Virus record (IMG/VR): IMGVR_UViG_3300008255_000111
Coordinates: 1 to 64,000 of that record
Strand: one strand, 5' to 3'
DNA length: 64,000 bases
Source: a virus
Within the stretch, counting starts at the first letter, position 1; each line of letters starts with the position of its first letter. Made by a program: the position numbers and the translations under genes. Below are positions 35,751-45,383 of this stretch, in pieces. The notes beneath the pieces were generated by a model that had not been told where the DNA came from, searched no databases, and saw only the letters and a list, made by a program, of their open reading frames with translations.

Positions 35751-36095
35751 TCAGCCGTGCTTGATAGGCTTGTCCGGGTTCGTGTAGGAGGTGATCTGCA
35801 CCAGCGCCTTGAAGTAGGGCTGCGATGTCGGCATAAACACCGCCAAATTAGCGATGCTCAGCATGTTAGTCGCCCAAGCGAGCATCACATCACGCCCTGG
35901 GGTATCGCCAATCTTGACGTAGGGCGGCGAGAGGTAAAAACCAGTCGCCTCGCAGTTGGCAGGCTTGGGTACTTTAAGGTAGGCGGCGTAAACCAACTGA
36001 CCTTCCAAATGGCCGCGATAGATGCCGACCAAGCATCCATCAAAGTCATGGGTTTCCAAATGATCAAAGCCTTCAAAGTGTTCAGTATGGGACAT
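35751..36095 (-). CDS. hypothetical protein
   Basis: GGAG RBS before MSHTE. Confidence 0.6.
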   Translation of the reverse strand: MSHTEHFEGFDHLETHDFDGCLVGIYRGHLEGQLVYAAYLKVPKPANCEATGFYLSPPYVKIGDTPGRDVMLAWATNMLSIANLAVFMPTSQPYFKALVQITSYTNPDKPIKHG

Positions 36096-36264
36096 AAGGG
36101 CTCCATTGAATTGAGCGCAAGGCGACCTGACACAACGGGCATCCATTGTGTCGGGTAGGTCTGCGGGTTATGACGTGCTGCGAGGGTTAGCTCGCCTTAC
36201 AAAAACAACTTAGGGCATACATCCTGGCGGCGCCAATGGTTTTTGCGCTCCGTTGGTGCGCCTT

Positions 36265-36672
36265 TCAAGAAGGGTTCTCAAGCGCGTCCAGCTCATCAAA
36301 GGTGGCCAACAAGCTGCGCGCGATGTGCCAGCCCATGTAGTAGCTACCCTCGGTGGCGGCGTAGTCCATGCCGTCGAGATTCTTACCTGCCCCTGCCACA
36401 ACGATCACGCCGATCATGTAGCCCCACATATAGGGATCGGAGATGTCTGGAAGCCAACCCCTGAGCTTCGATTTGTCTTCAACGTCTTCATTGAGATATG
36501 CCTGGACAGGGCCTTGCTTGAAGCTGAAGCCGCTTCGCATCACCAATGGACGTGACACCATGTTACAATGCTTGCGCACGAAGATCATGCCTTCCTTGGC
36601 CTCAAAGCGTGGATGCTCCATGAGCAGCTTGGCGATCTCAGCATTCTGGTCGTGGTCATAGAAAGTGGACAT
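36265..36672 (-). CDS. hypothetical protein
   Basis: GGAG RBS; WLPDISDP motif. Confidence 0.65.
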   Translation of the reverse strand: MSTFYDHDQNAEIAKLLMEHPRFEAKEGMIFVRKHCNMVSRPLVMRSGFSFKQGPVQAYLNEDVEDKSKLRGWLPDISDPYMWGYMIGVIVVAGAGKNLDGMDYAATEGSYYMGWHIARSLLATFDELDALENPS

Positions 36673-36733
36673 AAAGGCTCCAGTGAGACTGGCGCGATTC
36701 TTCGCGCCATAGAGTGAGAGGGGAAGGCCCGGC

Positions 36734-37657
36734 TTAAGCCAACATGCCTTGGGGTGGATCTAGGCTTTTCTGCTCCAGGCGTGCGAGGTGTTTCTGCGTG
36801 GCAATGGCCCTGACTTCTGGTTCTGCGTTCTCAGCGCCGTAGAGCCGATGCACGCATTCTTCTACATTCCTGAAGTCTTCCATGATGATTTTTCCACGAT
36901 ACAGCACCTCGCGAGGGTGCCCGTTTTCTTGGCGGTTCAGGTTGGTCCTGAAGTACGTCGGGTCATTAATGCACTGGTAGAGATCGTCAAGACAATCAAA
37001 GCAGTGGTCCATGCTCGTCTTATAGGTGAGCAGCGGCAGCAGCGGCCAGCCTTTCGCCACAAGCGGGAGCCGGACAAAGTAAGGCGTCATCATCACGTCA
37101 TACGAGCGCTTGGAGCGGCTCATCGATTGCGTGAACGTATAATAGGTAGGACGGGGAGGCGCCTTGCTCTCGACGAGCGCCCTATTCATCATGATCAGAT
37201 CCTGAATCAAAGGCTCAGGATGGCGACGATCGCGAATCATCCACGCGAGGCAGCCATCGCCCCGACCTGGGAGCCCGCTGGCAAACATCTGGCCAAAGAG
37301 CGCCTTGTGCTCGTAGACCATGCTAAAGCTCATGGTGGAGTTGGGCATGTCGATGTAAGTGACTTTGCGATTGACCTTGGCCTTGATCACAAGGCCAAAG
37401 GTCGGCTTAAGGATCATCTGAAAGAGGTAGACTTTAGGCACCTTGGGCAGCATGAGCCCGCTCTTTTTGTCGAGCCATTCAGAGATCCTGGGGATGTAGG
37501 GCTTGACGTAGGCCCGCGCTGACTCAAAGTCAACGCCAAGCGCCTCCTGATCGTGGAGGTCGATCCCATAGAGTTCTAGGCTTGGTTTGTTACAGAAGGC
37601 GCGCAGATCACCGAACGTAAAGCGGCGACCTTCAACGGGCAGTTGAGGGATGGGCAT
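36734..37657 (-). CDS. hypothetical protein, FGxLR family
   Basis: FTFGDLRAFCNKP; AGGAG RBS. Confidence 0.7.
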   Translation of the reverse strand: MPIPQLPVEGRRFTFGDLRAFCNKPSLELYGIDLHDQEALGVDFESARAYVKPYIPRISEWLDKKSGLMLPKVPKVYLFQMILKPTFGLVIKAKVNRKVTYIDMPNSTMSFSMVYEHKALFGQMFASGLPGRGDGCLAWMIRDRRHPEPLIQDLIMMNRALVESKAPPRPTYYTFTQSMSRSKRSYDVMMTPYFVRLPLVAKGWPLLPLLTYKTSMDHCFDCLDDLYQCINDPTYFRTNLNRQENGHPREVLYRGKIIMEDFRNVEECVHRLYGAENAEPEVRAIATQKHLARLEQKSLDPPQGMLA

Positions 37658-37705
37658 GACTTGCTCCTGCGGGAAAGTCGGGTTTGGGATGACGAGAAGT
37701 TCGGG

Positions 37706-37731
37706 CTTAGCTGCAATCTATTGCAGCTAAG
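37706..37731. repeat. 16-bp palindrome, central variant, with extended arms
   Basis: CTTAG-CTGCAATCTATTGCAG-CTAAG. Confidence 0.9.
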
Positions 37732-37807
37732 TCGACTAGAAGGTTAAAGAGCGCCCAGCTCACGCTCGATCTCAGCCAAGGTCGAAGCTTTCCATGCTTA
37801 CAAGACA

Positions 37808-37863
37808 ACTATGAAGCGCACTAACCAAGCGTCAAACCTTAAGTGCTGCTCGATGGTGCTTTA
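37808..37863 (-). promoter_or_regulatory. promoter with GCACCATC box
   Basis: box 37852-37863; TTGACG(37830-37835)-N16-CATAGT. Confidence 0.65.
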
Positions 37864-38771
37864 TCAAAATAAGAGGCGATCAGCTCTTTGACCTCAAGGA
37901 TATACCGCTCAAGATCGGCCTCATCACTCGAAGGCTTTAAGAGCCGGGGGAGGCATTCACCTGTCACCACGTCGATCACCCAGACATACTCGGGGTGATA
38001 GGAGTCGAAGAACAGGCGGTCGCAGACCAGCCATCCGTTGCGCCCATGATAGTCATAGGGATCGTTGCTGAGCATGACCACAGGCAGCGCACTATCATGG
38101 GGCCGCGCCAAGTTGACAGCGCTCGCGATCGTCATCCTGTTTGGCTTCTTCAGCTTCGGATGGACAGGCATCTTCGAGTAGTCAAAGCCATGATCCATCT
38201 TCTTGATGTAGCAAGGCAGGGGCTCTAAGACCCCTTTAGCTCTGCGCACGTCAAGCACGAACCAGCCGTTATTATGCAAGATCAAGCGCGTCGCAGCGTA
38301 GAACAGGCGCTTCTGCCCTTCTGCGCTCATGATGAGCCACTGCTTCTTTGCCTCGGTGAGCCCGCCAAGCACCTTGAGCTTGCGCGTGCGCGGCGTCACT
38401 GGCGCATAGGTGTCAACTCCCAGCACATAGTCAAAGAAGTCCCTATGCGCCTCGGTGTTAGGTACGACGCCTGAACAGAAGACATCCACGAAGCGCTCGG
38501 TCAGCGGCAGCACGTCACCTGGGCGACCGTATCGAAGGAACACTCCCATGCTCGAATCTCTAGCGGGCAGCTCGACCCTGAACTCAGTCAGCTTGAGCAG
38601 ATCCGCTTCGATGCGATCTCCCTGGCGCTCAATCGGCTCAGGAGGCTCGCTTGGGTTCATCCCCATTGAGACTAGGTAATGCGAGAGCAGCTTGTCTGAG
38701 CGCCCTTCTAAGATGTAGCTGAGCGCAGTTGTGATCCGCTGCGCGTTGTAGATGTTCTTATCCTTCTTCAA
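37839..38771 (-). CDS. hypothetical protein
   Basis: 310-aa ORF. Confidence 0.7.
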   Translation of the reverse strand: MKKDKNIYNAQRITTALSYILEGRSDKLLSHYLVSMGMNPSEPPEPIERQGDRIEADLLKLTEFRVELPARDSSMGVFLRYGRPGDVLPLTERFVDVFCSGVVPNTEAHRDFFDYVLGVDTYAPVTPRTRKLKVLGGLTEAKKQWLIMSAEGQKRLFYAATRLILHNNGWFVLDVRRAKGVLEPLPCYIKKMDHGFDYSKMPVHPKLKKPNRMTIASAVNLARPHDSALPVVMLSNDPYDYHGRNGWLVCDRLFFDSYHPEYVWVIDVVTGECLPRLLKPSSDEADLERYILEVKELIASYFDKAPSSST

Positions 38772-39138
38772 GGGAATCCCTCTCTAGTTGGGCTTTGATG
38801 ACCTTGCTGTCGGAGAGACGCGACGTATAAACCATCATCGTCTCAAGACCCTTGGATGCGTGGCGCGCAGCAGCGCGCTCCTCGACATCCAGGCTGCGTT
38901 CCACGCTGATCTCCGACTGGTGGTTAGACAACTCGCAAAGGTAGCGGCTGAGCGCATTGAGCCGTTCGATCGAGATGTCCATTACATTGAGGCGGCCCCT
39001 GAAGATGTCAACAAGATCCTGCGCCTCTTTTGTGCGGTCCACGCCGTCGAGGACGAACAGCTCGGGGCACTGCTCTAACAGCTCCTCGATCTCCATCTCA
39101 ATGAACGACTCGGCGTGCTCGCTTTTTGACCCTAGCAT
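38758..39138 (-). CDS. hypothetical protein
   Basis: operon-coupled ORF. Confidence 0.6.
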   Translation of the reverse strand: MLGSKSEHAESFIEMEIEELLEQCPELFVLDGVDRTKEAQDLVDIFRGRLNVMDISIERLNALSRYLCELSNHQSEISVERSLDVEERAAARHASKGLETMMVYTSRLSDSKVIKAQLERDSLEEG

Positions 39139-39139
39139 C

Positions 39140-39433
39140 TTAAGCCTCTTTGCGTGGGATGATCGTCAGATTCATGCGCTCCATCTGCCAGTATTCTTCA
39201 GCCTCGTTGTATGTATAAGGCGCGAGCAGCGTATGTCCGCCGTCAGGCTCAAACCTGAGCACAAGCTCGCGATCGTTGACGAACGTAACGTCAAGGAAGG
39301 CGTCGCCATGCGGCGTGTCGATCAAGCGGCCCGAGATACCGTCCTCGCGCTCTGCGCCGATGACAAGCTCAGCATCTTCGCTTGTGTTCTGAGCCATTTC
39401 GATCAGGACCATGATTTTCATTGAGCTTGTCAT
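39140..39433 (-). CDS. hypothetical protein
   Basis: GGAG RBS, downstream of the promoter at 39471. Confidence 0.6.
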   Translation of the reverse strand: MTSSMKIMVLIEMAQNTSEDAELVIGAEREDGISGRLIDTPHGDAFLDVTFVNDRELVLRFEPDGGHTLLAPYTYNEAEEYWQMERMNLTIIPRKEA

Positions 39434-39470
39434 CGCATCTCCGTCGTTTCCGTTCGCTTTCAACAACTTA

Positions 39471-39498
39471 AGACTCTCACTCACTGACAAAAGCGCAA
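39471..39498 (-). promoter_or_regulatory. promoter
   Basis: TTGCGC-TTTTGTCAGTGAGTGA-GAGTCT. Confidence 0.65.
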
Positions 39499-39512
39499 GA
39501 TAAAAACAACGA

Positions 39513-39923
39513 CTAGCGCATTTTTTCAAGCCTCGATAAGTTACGCGAGGCTGAAGACACCATGGCTAGAACGTGGTTGAGCTGATGACCAAGAAACTCG
39601 GTCCCATCAAGGCTATGGATTGACCAGCGATCGCCATCGAACAACAGGTCAAAGTCTGGATAATCCACATCGGAGAGCCTTAAGTAAGTGTAGACCATCC
39701 ACCTTAAGCGCACGGTACTTTGACTTTCTGACTTCACGACGTTGCGGCAATAGAGCCGCGCAGCTCTGGAGCCATTAGGCAGGGTGGTTACGTCCAACTC
39801 AAAGAGAAGAAACACCCTAGAGGCGTGAAACTGGAGGCCGTCGTCGCTCAAGTCGGAAGGCGTTTGGTTCGTCCCAAACGCCGCAAGCTCGTTAAGGCGT
39901 TCCTTCATAAGCTCGTTCATCAC
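39513..39923 (-). CDS. hypothetical protein
   Basis: GTGA overlap. Confidence 0.6.
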   Translation of the reverse strand: MMNELMKERLNELAAFGTNQTPSDLSDDGLQFHASRVFLLFELDVTTLPNGSRAARLYCRNVVKSESQSTVRLRWMVYTYLRLSDVDYPDFDLLFDGDRWSIHSLDGTEFLGHQLNHVLAMVSSASRNLSRLEKMR

Positions 39924-40258
39924 ACCACCAAGTTAAAGGTCACGCCACTAGAGCGACCATGCTGCCCAGGCGCGTCACTGCGCACCTTGGCGATCACTCG
40001 ATCGAGATCGCCGTTGCTCATGGCGCCGAAGACTACTGAGTCAAACTGCGCAGTCTCCATCGCTTCGACCGCCTGCGCGTCGTCATTTGACGACCTGATG
40101 ATCTTGGCGATGTGACGCACTGCCAAGCCAAGCTGATCGATGTGATGCTCTATCTGCGCGATCAGCTCAACATCTTCAGCGTCTGCGCGCGCGCCCTCAA
40201 GGTAGTCGCTCAAGTCCTCACAGCGCTCTCTAAGAGCGATCAACGTTTTCATGCTCAT
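39920..40258 (-). CDS. hypothetical helical protein
   Basis: AGGAG RBS before MSMKT. Confidence 0.6.
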   Translation of the reverse strand: MSMKTLIALRERCEDLSDYLEGARADAEDVELIAQIEHHIDQLGLAVRHIAKIIRSSNDDAQAVEAMETAQFDSVVFGAMSNGDLDRVIAKVRSDAPGQHGRSSGVTFNLVV

Positions 40259-40276
40259 AATGTCTCTCCTGGGTTG

Positions 40277-40392
40277 CGCTCCCTTCATTTGGAAGCGACT
40301 TGTTTGGTTTGGCAGCGGGCTAGCTGCTCATGTTTAGACTTTAACGCTCCTCCAACTGATGAAAAGCAAAAAAGCACGCTGATGGTGCTTTT
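40277..40392 (-). promoter_or_regulatory. promoter with GCACCATC box and two leader hairpins
   Basis: box 40381-40392; TTTTCA-N16-TAAAGT(40338-40343); hairpin 40312-40327; CGCTTCC-AAATGAA-GGGAGCG 40277-40297. Confidence 0.7.
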
Positions 40393-40395
40393 TTC

Positions 40396-40431
40396 AAAAG
40401 AGCGAGGCGGGCTCTTAGGCCCGCCTCGCTC
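40396..40431 (-). terminator. intrinsic terminator
   Basis: 13-bp stem GAGCGAGGCGGGC/GCCCGCCTCGCTC plus U4. Confidence 0.75.
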
Positions 40432-40433
40432 GA

Positions 40434-40646
40434 TCAAAGCTCTACCTCCTCGACGCTGAGGTCGGGGGGGATCATCGGCTGCCCTGTCTCTTTGTCGAGG
40501 TAGGGCCGCGCGCCTGCGTGAAAGCACATCGCCAAGTAGGCTTGAAGCTCATCCTTGCCCTTATACAAGGGCGGCGGCGTCGTCTCATCGAGAGAGTTGG
40601 CGAGGCGCCGATCTCTCTTACTCACGAACCTGAAGTATCGTTGCAT
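40434..40646 (-). CDS. hypothetical protein
   Basis: ends at the terminator. Confidence 0.55.
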   Translation of the reverse strand: MQRYFRFVSKRDRRLANSLDETTPPPLYKGKDELQAYLAMCFHAGARPYLDKETGQPMIPPDLSVEEVEL

Positions 40647-40730
40647 GACCTGTCTCTTATGGTGCGTGTTGACAAAGAAGCGCGCTCAGCGAGCGCTCCC
40701 CCATAGTCAGCATATTAAGCACCTGAGCCC

Positions 40731-41222
40731 TTACAATAAACCCTTCAAGCCGAGCTGCGCCTGAATAAGCACCATCGCCCACGAGGTCAGGAGGTGCCAG
40801 GAGTTGTCCACGATGAAGATCGACCACGGCCCGAGGCCCTGTTTAAAGCCCTTCTGGCCAGCAAGATCCATATAGGGCACCGCCAGCCTGAAATGATCAA
40901 TGAGGAAGTGCGTGACAAAGCAAAGCAAGAGCATCCAAGGGCTCAGCTTACCAAGCGTGAGGGCGCCGCAGGCCGCAGTATAGATCGCGCAGTGTACTAG
41001 GCAGATCAAAGCCGCCTTGGCCTGTTCTGACGCTGTGGGCTCGTACCAGTGACCCCTTAGCTTGCTCTCGGGGTCGATCGGATGATCAAGATAACAATCA
41101 CTCTCCTTGGGCAGCTCGATGAAGGTGCGCTTGCGCCTCGTCTTACCGTTGGCCAAGTAGTCGTTTTGGAGCAGGTAGTCGCCAACAAAGTGAGCGACAA
41201 GCAGTGACGCGAGCATATCCAT
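40731..41222 (-). CDS. DUF3307-family membrane protein
   Basis: AHFVGDYLLQ, HCAIY, THFLIDH, VDNSWH. Confidence 0.85.
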   Translation of the reverse strand: MDMLASLLVAHFVGDYLLQNDYLANGKTRRKRTFIELPKESDCYLDHPIDPESKLRGHWYEPTASEQAKAALICLVHCAIYTAACGALTLGKLSPWMLLLCFVTHFLIDHFRLAVPYMDLAGQKGFKQGLGPWSIFIVDNSWHLLTSWAMVLIQAQLGLKGLL

Positions 41223-41309
41223 GACATGATCCTGATGGTGCGCGCAGGCATCGCCTACGACGTGACAAAGCGCTCAAGATTAGCTTGAGCGCAGGGGTTG
41301 GCAGTCATG

Positions 41310-42071
41310 TTATAGCGCAGCAAGCATCGCTGCTGCAAGGCGATCGGAGTATTCCTGATGCGCTGCGCGAAGTTTACGCGCGTCCTTCTCGCCGCTTGTT
41401 TCGGGGTGCAGGGCTTGCGCATAGCGAGAGCACGCTGTGCTCAAGTCCATATCCAAGACGAAGATGATCACCGCGTGGAATGGCCACAGTTGAGGCTCCT
41501 CAAACGCTCTGGCAGGATCAAACCCAAGATCGTAAAGCCGCTCGAACACCTCGTTGAGAGAAGCATTCTTAGCCTCAACGCTCTCCAGCGAGCCCGTGCC
41601 GCTCACAAATGCTTCCTGGGCATCAAGCGCCGCACTGACCGCTTGAATCGTCTCAGCGCGCAGTTGAGCGCCGATTTCGCCATCTTGCCAGTGATGGAGC
41701 CAGGACGACGATTTACTGATCTTGGCGGCGACGACCTCGCGCTTCATTTTGACCACCTCGGCGCTCATCAAAGCAACAGCGTTGGGCACATCAAAAAGGT
41801 CGAACAAATTACCACCAATGTTGAGCGCGCCTTTGATGCTGGGCATATTACAGGCCGGAGCGAGAGGGTAGCCGCTGATGGCGTGCAGCAACCTTTGGTC
41901 ACTGCATTTGCCAACCCACTTGAATGGCAGATCGGTCAATCCAAGGCTCTTAAAACTCGTGACGTAATCACGAGCAATCTCTCCAGGGCCGTTAAAGCAC
42001 TGGAGCGCGTGCCGCAGGCTTTCCATGCAGCCAACTTGACACGAGGATCGGATGTCTCCAAAGCCTTCCAT
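41310..42071 (-). CDS. hypothetical protein, FGxIRS family
   Basis: MEGFGDIRSSC; AAGGAG RBS. Confidence 0.7.
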   Translation of the reverse strand: MEGFGDIRSSCQVGCMESLRHALQCFNGPGEIARDYVTSFKSLGLTDLPFKWVGKCSDQRLLHAISGYPLAPACNMPSIKGALNIGGNLFDLFDVPNAVALMSAEVVKMKREVVAAKISKSSSWLHHWQDGEIGAQLRAETIQAVSAALDAQEAFVSGTGSLESVEAKNASLNEVFERLYDLGFDPARAFEEPQLWPFHAVIIFVLDMDLSTACSRYAQALHPETSGEKDARKLRAAHQEYSDRLAAAMLAAL

Positions 42072-42090
42072 CTTAACTCCTTTATAGCAG

Positions 42091-42173
42091 CCGCTTTCGT
42101 TTAGCGGGGTTGGTTAAAGTGGAGTCGCGCGGACCCCATAAGTGAAGACTGAGGTAAACTATGGAGGGCGCAA
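42091..42173 (-). promoter_or_regulatory. promoter plus two leader hairpins
   Basis: TTGCGC(42168-42173)-N16-CAGTCT; hairpin 42121-42137; CCGCT-AAACGAA-AGCGG 42091-42107. Confidence 0.7.
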
Positions 42174-42174
42174 G

Positions 42175-42212
42175 AAAAAAACGACGCTCGGTGTTCCGAG
42201 CGTCGTTTTTTT
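42175..42212. terminator. bidirectional intrinsic terminator
   Basis: AAAAAAACGACGCTCGG-TGTT-CCGAGCGTCGTTTTTT. Confidence 0.85.
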
Positions 42213-42334
42213 ACCTCGCCGCTTTCCTGGCTTTCCTGGCGGCTTTGGCCTTGGCTCTCGCCTTCTTCTGTCTCTTGCTCAAGGCTTGGCGAGCGTAGCC
42301 GGGATCAGGCGCTACTTGAGGCAGCAGCAGCCCA

Positions 42335-42664
42335 TCAAGGCGCTCTAAAGCCTTTCTTCTTTCCTCGTCGTTTGCGGGAGGCGCTTGCGGACTGTCGTAC
42401 ACGTTCTTCACCTGTGGTTGAGGGGTCTTCTGACCGTCGCCCAAGGTGGCGAGAGGCGACGAACGCCCACTCCTCACCGTTGAGGTGACTGGAGGTGGTG
42501 AGACACATATCACCAACCTTGACTGAGGCAGCATTGGTGAGCCGCCTTATCTTGTGAGCGCTGACCTTGTTGGCTATTTTCCATGCTGAGTAGGCAAGGT
42601 CAAGCGTGGTGTGCCTGCTGGTCACGCGCCATCCGCGATCAACAACGACGTAGAGGTAAGTCAT
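42335..42664 (-). CDS. hypothetical basic protein (possible frameshift into the frame ending 42211)
   Basis: MTYLYVVV start; overlapping second ORF 42211..42534. Confidence 0.45.
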   Translation of the reverse strand: MTYLYVVVDRGWRVTSRHTTLDLAYSAWKIANKVSAHKIRRLTNAASVKVGDMCLTTSSHLNGEEWAFVASRHLGRRSEDPSTTGEERVRQSASASRKRRGKKKGFRAP

Positions 42665-42690
42665 GGCAGTGTCCAGCAGGCGGCCCGGCT

Positions 42691-43176
42691 CTAAGCTCGG
42701 TGCGAGTTGAGCCTTGAGGCGATCATGTCGAGTTCGGCGGTGCTTTTCCAGCCGCAGACGCACACCACCCTGAAGGGCGTGTTCATCACGCCCCTTAAGC
42801 TACCAAAGAAGTCTGCGCCCGAAAACTCTTTAAAGACCATGCCGTTGAGGTCGGGAAGCTGCTCAAGGCCAGTGAGCCTCAAAGACTCGCCAGGGTACTG
42901 CTTGTCGCGCCCGAGGAAGTTGACCAGTGTGAGCAGCACTTGCTTCCCATCGACAGGGAAGTAGTAGCTGTCACCTGAGCCCGCATCGACTTTGGCGAGC
43001 ACGATTTGGGGCAGGGGCAGCCCCAGAAGCATCGACTCGATCAGAAGGCTTTGGGCTGGGTCTTCCCAAGTCCTCGTGTTGAGGTTGACTTTGATTTTGC
43101 CCTTGGTGAGCTGCGATAAGATCGTCTGGACGGTCCAGTCCAGAGTCTCAAGGTAGATGTGGTTTGAGGCGGCCAT
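42691..43176 (-). CDS. stand-alone DUF262 (ParB/Srx-fold, GmrS-like) protein
   Basis: W...QSLLIESMLLGLPLPQI...PVDGKQ.LLTLVNF. Confidence 0.85.
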   Translation of the reverse strand: MAASNHIYLETLDWTVQTILSQLTKGKIKVNLNTRTWEDPAQSLLIESMLLGLPLPQIVLAKVDAGSGDSYYFPVDGKQVLLTLVNFLGRDKQYPGESLRLTGLEQLPDLNGMVFKEFSGADFFGSLRGVMNTPFRVVCVCGWKSTAELDMIASRLNSHRA

Positions 43177-43223
43177 TGTCCTGCCAAGTGATAGGGGTTG
43201 GGTTGGTGATGATCTGGCTCAGG

Positions 43224-43547
43224 TTAGAGCACGTCGTCATCTGGCGTGTACTCGAAGCGCGCCAGGGCTTCTTCGCGCTCTTGAGCCTCATCGTCGCTGG
43301 AGGTTGAGCACTCCAGGGCCGCGATGGCGAGCGCAGCCAGCTTGACTAGCGCGCTGGTTTGCGTGCCGTTGAGGCTGTGGATGTGGCGGGGGCTGGCTTC
43401 CTCGAAGCGCTCTAGCTGCTTACTAAGGAAGTAAGCCCATTCAAATGTGGTGTGTTCGGAGTCGTGCCTGTGACCTCCCCATTGAGCGACCTGTTTTGCT
43501 CGCTCAGACTTGATCGCGTCGAGCACGCGTGTTGAAAGCTCTGACAT
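43224..43547 (-). CDS. MazG-like all-alpha NTP pyrophosphohydrolase-like protein
   Basis: ERAKQVAQWG...HT..EW...LVKLAALAIAALE. Confidence 0.55.
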   Translation of the reverse strand: MSELSTRVLDAIKSERAKQVAQWGGHRHDSEHTTFEWAYFLSKQLERFEEASPRHIHSLNGTQTSALVKLAALAIAALECSTSSDDEAQEREEALARFEYTPDDDVL

Positions 43548-43563
43548 GGAAACCTCCTGAAAG

Positions 43564-43591
43564 GTAGAGCTGCAATCGATTGCAGCTCTAC
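43564..43591. repeat. 16-bp palindrome with extended arms
   Basis: GTAGAG-core-CTCTAC. Confidence 0.95.
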
Positions 43592-43640
43592 TGAGTAAAG
43601 CCCCCTAGAGAGGGGGCACTAGGTGGATTGACTAGATGGA

Positions 43641-44015
43641 CTAGGCGGCGCCCCACTTCTCAAGGGTGGTCTGGATGGAGTCGCGATGGAACTTGGGGCG
43701 CGTCTCAAATCGGTTGTTCTCACGCGTCGAGCATCGCATCACTGTACGATAGGACGCCACCTTGGGGGGGATTAAGTGAATCTCGAACACAACCCAATCC
43801 CAGCTCTGACTGATCGCAGAGCCCAAGATTTCGTACTCGAAGCCCGATAAGCTCTGCTCAAGCAGTCGGCGCGCTTCTGCGATGAGCAGATCGCGAGCAT
43901 TGAGCCCGCTGATGAGGTCGTTCCAGACCTCCTCCCATTTCTTCGGGGCGAGCTTGATGTTTTGCTCCATGTACTCCAACTGATTCAGCTCAAACTCGTT
44001 CTTGGGGATTGCCAT
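43641..44015 (-). CDS. hypothetical protein
   Basis: GGAG RBS, own promoter. Confidence 0.65.
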   Translation of the reverse strand: MAIPKNEFELNQLEYMEQNIKLAPKKWEEVWNDLISGLNARDLLIAEARRLLEQSLSGFEYEILGSAISQSWDWVVFEIHLIPPKVASYRTVMRCSTRENNRFETRPKFHRDSIQTTLEKWGAA

Positions 44016-44066
44016 TGTGTGCTCCGTTATGTTGTGTGGGCGACGTTGCCCCGTTTCGATAACTGA

Positions 44067-44094
44067 AGACTAAAACGCACTAGACTCGGCGCAA
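44067..44094 (-). promoter_or_regulatory. promoter
   Basis: TTGCGC-CGAGTCTAGTGCGTTT-TAGTCT. Confidence 0.7.
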
Positions 44095-44149
44095 GTGCTA
44101 AATGTCGTTTTTTGATTATTTTACTGACACTTAGCACCTAATTGGACGA

Positions 44150-44533
44150 TCACTCATCATCAGCGTCGAGCCAACCTTCACCGCATGGTGATTGAACGAG
44201 GCCGGGCATGACCTTCAGCAGCTCGGGAGGGACAGGGCCGCGCTCATGGGCGAAGGCGCCTGCCTCGTTGATCATGATGTGGAGCTGCCATTGACAGACG
44301 ACCTCACCGAGCTTGAGCGCGCCTTTGTCCGTGCGCCTCACTCGCATCAAGCACATCGTCACCTCGGCGTCTACCTCCTCGGCAAACGCGCTGTCCAGCT
44401 TATCAGCAGCGTGATCCGCGCTCGCGTGCCAGCTCACGGCAGGGTCTTCATCAATAAAGATCGCATCATCGCCAAGCTGCGCGAAGCCCCAAAGCTCCTC
44501 AGAGCGCAGCTCGCTTAAGTATCCCATGAACAT
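44150..44533 (-). CDS. hypothetical acidic protein
   Basis: AAGGA RBS. Confidence 0.6.
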   Translation of the reverse strand: MFMGYLSELRSEELWGFAQLGDDAIFIDEDPAVSWHASADHAADKLDSAFAEEVDAEVTMCLMRVRRTDKGALKLGEVVCQWQLHIMINEAGAFAHERGPVPPELLKVMPGLVQSPCGEGWLDADDE

Positions 44534-44543
44534 GATGTTGTCC

Positions 44544-45269
44544 TTAGATCATTTGCCCGAGCAGCTTGTTTAGCGCTGCAACTAGGGCGGGGTCTTTGGG
44601 GGTTAGGTGGGCGTTTCCATTGGAGAACACTTTGATGCGCCAATGAGCGCTCTCGGACTGCCCGTCTCGCATCGCTTCTACCAGCGTCCCATCATCCCTA
44701 GTGCCAGGGATGGGCTGGCCTAAAGCCTGAGCCGTGATGGCGTCGATGTCGTGGAACAGAGCGACAATGTGCTCGCTCATGTAGCTCTCGCGGGCAACGC
44801 CAGGCAAGATCCACTTGTTTGGGAAGCTGGAGCCTCGGACGGCATCCTCTTTGGTCATGAGCCAGTACGCTCGCTTCAGCCTGTCTGCCAGCACATCGTC
44901 GAGTTGAGACTCGAAGTGCCTGAGCTGTTTGGCGATCGACTCAGCGCTGATTGCTTCAGGGTTCCTCGTGAAGCGCTGCTCGAAGGAGCGCAGACGCTCT
45001 CGATCAAGGAGGTCATCAAGCCCGCTCTCATTCATGACGCGCTGCCACAGTTGACGATCGACCATCGCGACGATGTGGGGCGTCACATGGTCTGCGCTGC
45101 TATATGTCCAGCGCAAGATGTTGTAGTCGAACACGATGCCATTTCGCCTAAGCTGAGCATCAAGATGATTGATCGCTTCTAACTGCTTGACGATAGCTGA
45201 GATCGCCGCGTTTCTATCATTGACGATCGTTGTGATCGCCGCTTGGCTCATTAAGCTCTGTTCCACCAT
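44544..45269 (-). CDS. DUF4942-like protein
   Basis: VDRQLWQRVM..SGL; WRIKVFSNGNAHL...LVAALN. Confidence 0.7.
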   Translation of the reverse strand: MVEQSLMSQAAITTIVNDRNAAISAIVKQLEAINHLDAQLRRNGIVFDYNILRWTYSSADHVTPHIVAMVDRQLWQRVMNESGLDDLLDRERLRSFEQRFTRNPEAISAESIAKQLRHFESQLDDVLADRLKRAYWLMTKEDAVRGSSFPNKWILPGVARESYMSEHIVALFHDIDAITAQALGQPIPGTRDDGTLVEAMRDGQSESAHWRIKVFSNGNAHLTPKDPALVAALNKLLGQMI

Positions 45270-45383
45270 ATCGCCGCTCCTTAATTGAGGTTTTGGGGTG
45301 AAGCTCGTTTGCACACAAAGACTTTGATGAACAAGACCTCGTGTCAAACGTTTTTCTATTAAAAACAACGACATGGGTGTTTT

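Noticed and set aside
40078-40092. Ninth AAATGAC-loop hairpin
   Set aside because: Only a 4-bp stem, intragenic and not promoter-proximal; probably chance.
18204-40297. AAAUGAA loop as merely a start-codon context
   Set aside because: Two copies have loops without AUG (AAATAAA, AAACGAA), and most loci have a separate RBS and ATG downstream.
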